The position numbers and the translations under genes were made by a program. From positions 1,218,061 through 1,250,060 of the forward strand of contig NZ_AP013028.1 in the NCBI RefSeq assembly GCF_000829315.1: a stretch of DNA of 32,000 nucleotides, read 5' to 3'. Source of the stretch: Wolbachia endosymbiont of Cimex lectularius. GTDB lineage: Bacteria > Pseudomonadota > Alphaproteobacteria > Rickettsiales > Anaplasmataceae. Under the pieces are notes generated by a model that did not search any database, had not been told where the DNA came from, and saw only the letters and a list, made by a program, of their open reading frames with translations. This document shows positions 1 to 8,443 of this stretch, piece by piece; the stretch's first letter is position 1, and each line of letters starts with the position of its first letter.

Positions 1-1
1 G

Positions 2-1210
2 ATATTGAATACCTGCCACATTAGAGAAAAAGCAGCAGAAAAGCTTTATTCAGAGCTTGGGAAGATCCATTCGTCACGAAAAAATAAGGAAATTACTATA
101 GTGGTAGCCGGATGTGTAGCACAAGCAGAAGGCGAGGAAGTGTTCAGAAGAGCTCCATTTGTGGACATCGTTGTTGGTCCACAGAGTATCGCTACTCTGC
201 CGGAGCTGATAGTTAAAGCAAACAGAAGTAAAGGTCATGTGATAAATACCGATTTTCCTGAGGTTGCAAAGTTTGATAAATTACCAGATGAGTGTTACGG
301 CAATAGCCAAGGGTCTTCTGCGTTTCTCTCCATACAAGAGGGTTGTGATAAGTTTTGTACATTTTGTGTAGTGCCCTACACCCGCGGGGCTGAATATTCA
401 CGGCCAGTAAATGAAATATTCCGTGAAGCGCTGAAATTAGTTGCAAATGGAGCAAAGGAAATCAATTTGCTTGGTCAAAACGTCAATGCTTACCACGGGG
501 AATGCGAAGGAAAAATATGGGATTTAGGAAAATTAATTGGTCATATCGCTAAAATTGAAAAGCTAGAAAGAATCCGCTATACGACCTCTCATCCGCGAGA
601 TATGCATGGATCTCTCTACTTGGCGCATGCGGAAGAGCCGAAACTCATGCCATTTATTCACCTACCTGTGCAGTCAGGTTCGAATGAAATATTACGCGTG
701 ATGAACAGAAAACACACTGCGGAGGAGTATTTGGAGATAGTAGATAGATTGCGCAAATTGAAACCTGAAATCGAATTTTCTGCTGATTTTATCGTTGGTT
801 TTCCTGGCGAAACCGAAAAAGACTTTGAGGAAACTATGAAGCTAGTGGAAAAAGTAAAGTACGCTCAGGCTTATAGTTTTAAATATAGCCCAAGGCCGGG
901 GACGCCAGGGGCAGAAAGGAAGGATCAAGTACCAGAAGAAGTTAAAACAGAGCGCCTTCTTCGTTTACAGAAGCTAATTAGTGCACAACAACTCGAATTT
1001 AATCAGAGTGTGGTAGGCAAGATTATTCCTGTTCTGTTTGGCGATAAAAAAGGCAAACATCAAAACCAAATTATTGGTAAAAGCCTATATATGCAATCAG
1101 TTTGCATTGATGATCCTGAGGATAAATATAGAGACAAGATAGTAAATGTGAAGATATTGGAAGCTCGGCAGAATAGTTTGCTAGGGACAGGAATGCTTTT
1201 GAATTTGTGA
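2..1210 (+). CDS. miaB: tRNA-2-methylthio-N6-dimethylallyladenosine synthase (MiaB), 5' end cut off by window edge
   Basis: Radical SAM motif '[26 protein letters not shown]', '[11 protein letters not shown]', '[11 protein letters not shown]', '[20 protein letters not shown]', '[18 protein letters not shown]'. Frame is open to the window edge. Confidence 0.96.
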   Translation: MLNTCHIREKAAEKLYSELGKIHSSRKNKEITIVVAGCVAQAEGEEVFRRAPFVDIVVGPQSIATLPELIVKANRSKGHVINTDFPEVAKFDKLPDECYGNSQGSSAFLSIQEGCDKFCTFCVVPYTRGAEYSRPVNEIFREALKLVANGAKEINLLGQNVNAYHGECEGKIWDLGKLIGHIAKIEKLERIRYTTSHPRDMHGSLYLAHAEEPKLMPFIHLPVQSGSNEILRVMNRKHTAEEYLEIVDRLRKLKPEIEFSADFIVGFPGETEKDFEETMKLVEKVKYAQAYSFKYSPRPGTPGAERKDQVPEEVKTERLLRLQKLISAQQLEFNQSVVGKIIPVLFGDKKGKHQNQIIGKSLYMQSVCIDDPEDKYRDKIVNVKILEARQNSLLGTGMLLNL

Positions 1211-1252
1211 TTTTCTAGAAAGTCATATATTCTCTAAATTTATCAAGTTAGA

Positions 1253-4200
1253 ATGAATATGAAGTCAAAGCATTATCCTGATACAACGAGTAGTTCTGAT
1301 TTTTCGTCGTTAGAAAAGGAAATCATAAAATTTTGGCAGGAAAGCAAAATTTTTGAGCGGTCAGTTGAGGAACGTTCCAAGGACAATTGTTTTGTCTTTT
1401 ACGATGGACCTCCATTTGCAAATGGACTGCCACATTATGGGCATTTACTCACTGGTTTCATCAAAGACGCATTTGCAAGATATCAAACCATACTACAAAA
1501 AAGAGTTGAACGTAGATTTGGTTGGGATTGCCATGGACTGCCGGCTGAGATGGGTGCGGAAAAGGAACTTGGAATATCCGGCAGAACTGAGATAGAAAAA
1601 TTCGGTATTGAAAAGTTCAATAACCATTGTCGTACTTCTGTGATGAAATTTTCATCAGAATGGGAAAAGTATGTAAATAGGCAGGCAAGGTGGGTAGATT
1701 TTCATAATGACTACAAAACCATGGATAAGTCATTCATGGAGTCAGTTATGTGGGCATTTAAGCAGCTTTATAATAAGGGTCTAGTGTATGAATCGGTGCG
1801 CGTTGTTCCCTATAGCTGGGCATGTGAAACTCCATTGTCCAATTTTGAAACAAGGCTTGATAATGCATATAAAGAAAAGACTAGCAAAGCTGTAACTGTT
1901 GCATTTGAGCTTTTAGAAAACCCGCAGCAGTTTAAACAAAAATGTAAGTTACTCGCTTGGACTACAACTCCTTGGACGTTGCCAAGCAACTTGGCACTGG
2001 CAATAGGGAAAGACATTGAGTATTGTGCAGTGTCAGTTCACTCCTTGGTGTCATTCCAGTGCGTGACGCTGGAATCTAGAGAGAAAGAAACCTGGATCCC
2101 AGTGTCAAGCACTGGGATGACAGAGAAGAGCGCTAAAATAACATCAGACCAACCTAATGAAATCTACATCTTCGCTGAAAGCTACCTGGAGAAGTTTATC
2201 AGCCACCTCGAACAAAACAATATTCCATATGAAAAATGCAATATAAAACTCAAAGCAGATGATCTTGTAGGTCTTTCTTATAAGCCACTGTTTGATTACT
2301 TTAAAGATACAAAAAATGCTTTCCGCGTTTTCATAGCAGATTATGTCACAGCAGAAGATGGTACTGGAGTTGTGCACACTGCTCCTGGATTTGGTGAAGA
2401 AGATTTTTATCTTTGCCAAAGCCATAATATTCCAGCCATTTGTCCAATTGATAACGGTGGAAAGTTTACTGCTGAAGTTTCAGATTTAGCTGGAGTTCAT
2501 GTTTTTGATACTAACGATACAGTAATAAAGAAGCTGAAAGAACAAGGAAATTGGTTCAAAACTGAGCAATATATTCACAATTATCCACACTGCTGGAGAA
2601 CTGATACTCCTTTAATCTATCGCACTATGCCTTCTTGGTATGTTACTGTGACAAAATTCAAAAGCAGAATGGTAGAGCTAAATAAGAAAGTTAATTGGAT
2701 TCCAAGTCATATAAGAGATGGTCAGTTTGGAAAATGGCTCGAAGGAGCACATGATTGGTCAATTTCACGTAATCGATTCTGGGGTACACCGATTCCCGTA
2801 TGGAAGTCAGACGATGCAAGATATCCAAGGGTAGATGTGTATGGTTCGATAGCGGAACTAGAGCGAGATTTTAATGTTAAAGTGGATGATTTGCACAGAC
2901 CATTTATTGACACTTTAACAAGGCCAAATCCTGATGACCCAACAGGAAAATCAGTTATGCGTCGTGTGCCTGACGTATTTGACTGCTGGTTTGAATCTGG
3001 CTCAATGCCATTTGCACAAGTCCACTATCCGTTTGAAAATAAAGAATGGTTTGAGAGTAATTTCCCGGCGGATTTTATCACCGAATATATAGCGCAAACT
3101 AGGGGATGGTTCTATACGCTTTTTGTGCTTTCGACTGCTTTATTTGACAGTGAACCATTTAAGAACTGCATATGCCACGGTGTTGTTCTCGATGTGAAAG
3201 GGCAGAAATTATCCAAGCGTTTGAATAATTATGCGGACCCAATGGAAGTGTTTGATAAATACGGTTCTGATGCACTACGTTTTCTTATGCTTTCTGGATC
3301 TATTGTTTGTGGTGGTAATTTGCTACTTGATAAAGAAGGAAACTCAATACGAGATGTTCTGAGAAACGTAATAAAGCCTATTTGGAACAGTTATCACTTT
3401 TTTACCATGTATGCAAATGCAGATGGAATTAAAGCTGAAGTTTGTAAGGATTACCAAAGCACTATTGATCGTTACATGATCTCCAAATGTTTTGAAGCTG
3501 TAGAAGGTATCCAAGCTTCTATGAACAACTACAATTCCCAAGAGGCTTGCAAAATTCTGATAGATTTTTTTGAAGTGTTAAATAATTGGTATATTCGTCG
3601 CAGTCGTGAGCGTTTTTGGAAAAGTGATTTAGATCAGGATAAGACTGACGCTTATAATGTTCTATATAAGGTTTTTTATTACATACTTCGGGCTGCAGCT
3701 CCTTTATTGCCGCTTACAACGGAAACTATATGGCAGGGGCTCAAATATCAAGAAACATCTGTTCATTTGGCTGATTTTCCACAATTAGAAAAGTTTAATA
3801 GCGAGCTCATTGCTAAGATGGATTTAGTGAGAGAGATATGCAACTCTGCACTCTCTATTAGAAACACCTTTAATATACGTATCAGACAGCCACTTGGCAG
3901 TATGATCATTTATCACAAGTCTTCCTGTAGTTTTCTTGAAGGTGAACCGCTTTCTGTTATCCCAGAGTTCTCTCCTATCATCCCAGGGTTCCCCCCTGTC
4001 ATCCCAGTGCGTGACACTGGGATCCAGTGTGCTGCAGACTCAAATGAATACCAAGAGATGATAAAAGATGAGGTGAATGTAAAAAGCTTGGAATTAGTAA
4101 ATAGACTTGAAGGTATTGCATCACTAGAGTTAAAACTAAATTTCCCACTACTTGGAAAGAAGGTTCCAGACAAAATCAAGAAACTAGTTCAATATGTCAA

Positions 4201-4636
4201 GGAGGAAAAATGGAGACAAGTTGGAAATGAGCGGATATTTCTAGGAGATGAATCAGAGAACTATATTATAGAAAAAGGTGAGTATGAACTATTATTAAAA
4301 GCAAACAGTAAATATTCCTCTGCGTTTGATAATAACAAAGGAGTTGTTATCCTAAACACTGAACTAAATGATGAATTAATTCTAGAAGGGCTCGCGAGAG
4401 ATGTCGTGAGGCTCATCCAGGAAACTAGAAAACAAGCTGATTTTCATATATCCGATAGAATCAGAGTAGTAATCAAAACAGAGGATGAGAAAATTAAAGA
4501 AACGGTGAATATGTGGAGTGAGTATATAAAAGAACAGACTCTTGCCTTATCTTTAGAAATTAATGTAGAAATTGAAACCAGCTTCTATTCCAAGGAATAC
4601 CAAGATTTGATTGTTGGTATTAAGTTAGATTGTTAG
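1253..4636 (+). CDS. ileS: isoleucyl-tRNA synthetase, long eukaryotic-like type
   Basis: 1127 aa. 'FYDGPPFANGLPHYGHLLTGFIKD' (HIGH-type motif), 'WDCHGLPAE', 'TAQTRGWFYTLFVLSTALF', 'DVKGQKLSKRLNNYADP' (KMSKS-type motif). Confidence 0.97.
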   Translation: MNMKSKHYPDTTSSSDFSSLEKEIIKFWQESKIFERSVEERSKDNCFVFYDGPPFANGLPHYGHLLTGFIKDAFARYQTILQKRVERRFGWDCHGLPAEMGAEKELGISGRTEIEKFGIEKFNNHCRTSVMKFSSEWEKYVNRQARWVDFHNDYKTMDKSFMESVMWAFKQLYNKGLVYESVRVVPYSWACETPLSNFETRLDNAYKEKTSKAVTVAFELLENPQQFKQKCKLLAWTTTPWTLPSNLALAIGKDIEYCAVSVHSLVSFQCVTLESREKETWIPVSSTGMTEKSAKITSDQPNEIYIFAESYLEKFISHLEQNNIPYEKCNIKLKADDLVGLSYKPLFDYFKDTKNAFRVFIADYVTAEDGTGVVHTAPGFGEEDFYLCQSHNIPAICPIDNGGKFTAEVSDLAGVHVFDTNDTVIKKLKEQGNWFKTEQYIHNYPHCWRTDTPLIYRTMPSWYVTVTKFKSRMVELNKKVNWIPSHIRDGQFGKWLEGAHDWSISRNRFWGTPIPVWKSDDARYPRVDVYGSIAELERDFNVKVDDLHRPFIDTLTRPNPDDPTGKSVMRRVPDVFDCWFESGSMPFAQVHYPFENKEWFESNFPADFITEYIAQTRGWFYTLFVLSTALFDSEPFKNCICHGVVLDVKGQKLSKRLNNYADPMEVFDKYGSDALRFLMLSGSIVCGGNLLLDKEGNSIRDVLRNVIKPIWNSYHFFTMYANADGIKAEVCKDYQSTIDRYMISKCFEAVEGIQASMNNYNSQEACKILIDFFEVLNNWYIRRSRERFWKSDLDQDKTDAYNVLYKVFYYILRAAAPLLPLTTETIWQGLKYQETSVHLADFPQLEKFNSELIAKMDLVREICNSALSIRNTFNIRIRQPLGSMIIYHKSSCSFLEGEPLSVIPEFSPIIPGFPPVIPVRDTGIQCAADSNEYQEMIKDEVNVKSLELVNRLEGIASLELKLNFPLLGKKVPDKIKKLVQYVKEEKWRQVGNERIFLGDESENYIIEKGEYELLLKANSKYSSAFDNNKGVVILNTELNDELILEGLARDVVRLIQETRKQADFHISDRIRVVIKTEDEKIKETVNMWSEYIKEQTLALSLEINVEIETSFYSKEYQDLIVGIKLDC
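2049..2121. repeat. Wolbachia-type palindromic element carried in frame inside ileS (copy 1)
   Basis: 'gtcattccagtgcgtgacgctggaatct...ctggatcccagtgtcaagcactgggatgac'. Translates as 'SFQCVTLESREKETWIPVSSTGMT' within ileS. The same sequence type recurs between genes in this window. Confidence 0.85.
3954..4031. repeat. Palindromic element(s) carried in frame inside ileS C-terminal region (copy 2, compound)
   Basis: 'gttatcccagagttctctcctatcatcccagggttcccccctgtcatcccagtgcgtgacactgggatccagt'. Translates as 'VIPEFSPIIPGFPPVIPVRDTGIQ'. Confidence 0.8.
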
Positions 4637-4694
4637 TAGTTGCAAATTGTTAGTATTTATGCTATATTTTAGGTAATTGGGGTAAGGTTATGGT

Positions 4695-5078
4695 ATGAAT
4701 GCTGTTGTAGATCCTGGTGGAGTTATTGGCTTAACTAATGGTGGTTTAGGTAAAAAAGAACCTGTTGCTGTTTCCAGTTCGGTGAAAGAGGGGAAATTTT
4801 TTGGTGGTATGACTTCTGGTTTTAACGTTCCACTGAGTATATCTCGTTATAAAGGTTATGACTCTGACTTTTTTACTTCCTGGTATAATATACTAAGAGA
4901 AATATTTGAAGAGATAAAGGGAATGTGCCCGGAAAAACGGGTGTTAAATTTAGCTCTGTCAGTTTTAATGCTTCCTTATATTGCTTCTGTTTCATTGGGA
5001 TTAGTAGTATATAACAGATCTAAAGCAGACGGTAAAATACAAACCAGTCCGGAGGGAAATGAAACAAAAAAAAAGTGA
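4695..5078 (+). CDS. hypothetical protein with a C-terminal hydrophobic segment
   Basis: 127-aa ORF downstream of ileS. Hydrophobic stretch 'LNLALSVLMLPYIASVSLGLVVY'. Confidence 0.5.
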   Translation: MNAVVDPGGVIGLTNGGLGKKEPVAVSSSVKEGKFFGGMTSGFNVPLSISRYKGYDSDFFTSWYNILREIFEEIKGMCPEKRVLNLALSVLMLPYIASVSLGLVVYNRSKADGKIQTSPEGNETKKK

Positions 5079-5267
5079 GGTAAGTGAAAGTACAGCAAAA
5101 AGATTGGCATATAGTGTTCTTGCTAGCAATAGCGATTCTTGTTAATATAGTTGTGCTTGTCACCTTAATTATTCCTGCAACACTAGCTTTGGCTACTTTT
5201 TATCTTTCGAATAAGAAGTTATCTCATTCTTTGATTGCTACTGTTAAAATAGGTAGTGGGTTGTATA

Positions 5268-6328
5268 AGAACCTGTTTAAAATCTTGGAAATGTGAGGTA
5301 AAGTAAGCATAGATTAATAATGAGGTGTCTATGCAGAAAAGTTATCCAAGTAATATAAGTCAAGAGCAGTTTGAAAAAATCAGGCCAATTTTGGAGAGTA
5401 GCAAGCAGAAAACAAAACCAAGAAAACTTGATTTGTATGACGTATTTTGTGGGGTGTTGTACGTCTTAAAAAGTGGTTGTCAGTGGAGGATGTTACCAAA
5501 GGGTTTTCCAAGATGGGAAAGCGTATATTACTATTTTCGAGTGTGGAGTAAAAAGAGTGGAGAAGAGCCAAGCTTGTTGGAATTAGTCTTAAAAAAAATT
5601 AGTTGGAGAGGTCCGTATCAGCAATGGTCGGAAAGAGAAAACTAGCTTTTGTATAATTGATTCTCAAAGCGTTAAAAACGCAGATACTGCTGAAAAAAAA
5701 GGCTATGATGCAGGTAAAAAGATTTCAGGGATAAAGCGCCATATTGCAGTTGATACACAAGGTTTGCCACATGCAATTTATGTAACAACGGCAGAAGCAA
5801 CTGACCGTAGCAGTGCTGTGAAAATGGTCGAAAATGCTAAAGCAAACCTCTCTGAAGTTAAAAACATACTGGTTGATGCTGGCTACACAGGAGAAAATTT
5901 TGCAACACAAATAAAAGCTATCATTGGTGCGACTGTTGAAGTAATAAAGCGAAGTGAGTTACACACTTTCGTTGTATTGCCAAAAAGATGGGTTGTTGAA
6001 CGCTCTTTTGCCTGGTTAGAAAAGTGCAGGCGATTGTGGAAAAATTGCGAGCGGAAGCTCAACACTAGCTTACAGATGATAGTCCTCTCCTTCATTTCTC
6101 TCTGTTACGAAGATTTTAAACAGGTTCTAAGACGTACAACACCCCACAAAATACGTCATACAAATCAAGTTTTCTTGGTTTTGTTTTCTGCTTGCTACTC
6201 TCCAAAATTGGCCTGATTTTTTCAAACTGCTCTTGACTTATATTACTTGGATAACTTTTCTGCATAGACACCTCATTATTAATCTATGCTTACTTTACCT
6301 CACATTTTCAAGATTTTAAACAGGTTCT
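5268..6328 (+). mobile_element. IS5-family (IS1031-like) element plus an abutting inverted 201-bp copy of its left end
   Basis: Left end 'agaacctgtttaaaatctt' at 5268. Right end 'gattttaaacaggttct' ending at 6128. 6128-6328 is the reverse complement of 5268-5468 (one mismatch noted by eye) and ends in a further 'ttttaaacaggttct'. The composite is flanked by 'ta' (5266-5267 and 6329-6330). Confidence 0.85.
5325..6216 (+). CDS. IS5-family transposase, two frames joined at an A8 slippage run
   Basis: ORF1 'PRKLDLYDVFCGVLYVLKSGCQWRMLPKGFPRWESVYYYFRVW' (DUF4096-like N-terminus). Shifting at A8 (5591-5598) gives 'KLVGEVRISNGRKEKTSFCIIDSQSVKNADTAEKKGYDAGKKISGIKRHIAVDTQGLPHAI...LPKRWVVERSFAWLEKCRRLWKNCE', a DDE transposase. 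Residues after 'SLCYEDFKQV' read across the IS end into the inverted fragment. Confidence 0.85.
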
Positions 6329-6751
6329 TAGAGATTTGTGCGAAGATAAAAATGATAAACTATTTGTTACACAAGATGCAGGGCACAATACCATACTAAA
6401 ACTATCAGCTAATATCCATTTAAAAATGGTATTGTACCTTTGCGTGATGAGATCAGGGGTATGCTTACAACTTCGATTCAAGGATTCACAGAAGCTATGG
6501 GAGAACTGTTGAAGTTAGACAAAAAAGATATTACATATGACAAACTGAAGGAATTGTTGAACGAGTTCAGACTGAAAGCGGTGGACAGTGTAGATTCTAA
6601 ATTGACAAGTCACTTAATACAAGATGCTTACAGAGTTGCCTTTATACAAGCAATCAAAATTGCATAGCAAAGAAGAAAAGAAGGTTTTTCATTAGAAGAA
6701 AGACTGAAAGAAGTATTAGTAGAACAAGAATTAAAAAGCCAAGGTAAGAAA

Positions 6752-8440
6752 TTGCCAACTGAAAAAGAGATTATAATAGAAGATTCAAAAAAAGCAGGAG
6801 AAGAAGTACCAGATACCTTAAAGGATAGTAATCTTCCTATGCTTAAAGTACAATGGAAACAGCTTATAACAGAAGGCAAAATAGCTAAAAGGACAGTAAT
6901 TAATGTTTGTAAGGATGTGTATCCTACAGAAACAAAGAAAGCTCTAAATAATGCTGAACAGGAGATTGAACGTTTAAGAAAAGTAAGTCGAGAGATGTGT
7001 AAAAAATTAGAAGAAGCACATAATAGAGGAAACGATAACTTAAGAGATGGCGCTTTAAAAGGGAAATTAGAAGATCTTTTTAAATTTGAAGGTAGTGATC
7101 AAGAGGTTGAGAGAAGGCTAATAAGATCGGTAATAAAAAGAGCTAAAAGTGAATTGAGACAATTGAGTATACTTGATAAAGAAGAGCCGGGCTTAGTGAG
7201 ACGATTAACACAATCTATGTGGGGTACATCAAGTCAGGATAAGGAGGAGCAGAGTCTAATGAAACGGCTTGAAGATTTAGAAAAAGAGGTAGAGGTTCTT
7301 TCGAGTGAGGAAGCTTCAAATAAAGTGAATGATTTTGTAGAAAGAATGTATTTAGAAATAAAACAGCATAAAGTGCAAGGGTTGCTTCAAGAACAAAAAG
7401 AGGGTGTCTTATATTCATGCAAGGTATTGAAAAGGTATGAATCGGATCTAGCAGAAACTGTAGAGACTTTTCGCAAGCAAGATCTGAGATATTTAGAGGA
7501 ATCTACATTTGAACAAACACTGAAAGATCAGAATGAGCGTTTAAAAGCTAAACTAAATGACAGGCAAAAGGGGCACCCGAGCATAGAGTCGATAAGAGAG
7601 CTCTTAAAAAATAACCAACAAATCCTAGAAACATTAGAACAATTGGAGTTGAAAAAAGAGGGATTATTGATAAATGAAAAAACAGAATATGATTACAAAG
7701 AAGAACTAACGTCTCGTGAAAAGATAAAATTTGCAATCATAGAAGATAAGCTGTTAGAAATAATAAAGTCTTCTAGTAAAGACAAACTGTTAAAGATAAT
7801 AGAAAAAGCTTTTTATAAGAGTGAACTGTTGGAAATAAAAGAGACTTCTAAAGATAAGCCGTTGGAAATAATAAGACAGGTAGCAATCAAGAGGTTATTA
7901 GAAAAAGCAGAACTTGAATATTGCTTAGCAGAGAAATGTATCAAATATCCCGTGATTGAAACGAAAAATAATATCAAACACTTTTGTCAGGCTTTATTGT
8001 CTCCTTTGATAGGCAATTTGGTAGAGAAGATAATAAATCATATACCAAAGGATAATAAGAGTAGTGCGTGGAATCTGACAAATTTATATAAACGTGCTTG
8101 TATCGCTGTTAATTATAATACACTTGGATTGTCAGCTATTGGAGGCGAAAATAGTACAGAAGGAAAGGCGTTAAAAGTGGCACACGACACTTATGAAGAA
8201 GTAAAGGAATTTCTTCAATATTTCGAGTCAAGTTATGAGGAAGTGGGTGGCTTGATAGGTAATGTGTTTTCCGATGACGGCGAAACATTTAAAAAGGATA
8301 TATGGCCTAAAATAAAAGACCATTTGTGTGAAATGTGGGATAGATTTTTTAAGGATATTGAATTTACATTGATTAGCAAAGATGAATCAAAAAATGTTAG
8401 CAAGGAACTAGATGAGGTAAGCATAATGCAGCCACAGTAG
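6752..8440 (+). CDS. Hypothetical charged coiled-coil protein (3' portion of the disrupted gene)
   Basis: 562-aa open frame beginning at TTG, rich in E/K/L with coiled-coil character. The same frame is open upstream to the TAG at 6665. Confidence 0.55.
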   Translation: MPTEKEIIIEDSKKAGEEVPDTLKDSNLPMLKVQWKQLITEGKIAKRTVINVCKDVYPTETKKALNNAEQEIERLRKVSREMCKKLEEAHNRGNDNLRDGALKGKLEDLFKFEGSDQEVERRLIRSVIKRAKSELRQLSILDKEEPGLVRRLTQSMWGTSSQDKEEQSLMKRLEDLEKEVEVLSSEEASNKVNDFVERMYLEIKQHKVQGLLQEQKEGVLYSCKVLKRYESDLAETVETFRKQDLRYLEESTFEQTLKDQNERLKAKLNDRQKGHPSIESIRELLKNNQQILETLEQLELKKEGLLINEKTEYDYKEELTSREKIKFAIIEDKLLEIIKSSSKDKLLKIIEKAFYKSELLEIKETSKDKPLEIIRQVAIKRLLEKAELEYCLAEKCIKYPVIETKNNIKHFCQALLSPLIGNLVEKIINHIPKDNKSSAWNLTNLYKRACIAVNYNTLGLSAIGGENSTEGKALKVAHDTYEEVKEFLQYFESSYEEVGGLIGNVFSDDGETFKKDIWPKIKDHLCEMWDRFFKDIEFTLISKDESKNVSKELDEVSIMQPQ

Positions 8441-8443
8441 GTT

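Larger units (their letters stand above)
5084..8440 (+). pseudogene. Disrupted membrane/coiled-coil protein gene (IS insertion, frameshift and in-frame stop)
   Basis: 5084-5267 encodes a hydrophobic N-terminus. It is interrupted by the IS at 5268-6328, with 'ta' on both sides. Reading resumes as 'RDLCEDKNDKLFVTQDAGHNTILKLSANIHLK', shifts frame at the A5 run 6422-6426 and continues 'NGIVPLRDEIRGML...'. It meets TAG at 6665-6667 and continues in the same frame into the 6752-8440 ORF. Confidence 0.65.

Noticed and set aside
6129-6216. C-terminal 'RRTTPHKIRHTNQVFLVLFSACYSPKLA' of the transposase ORF as genuine protein
   Set aside because: It is the antisense reading of the inverted left-end fragment beyond the IS right terminus. 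The native transposase should end near the right inverted repeat.
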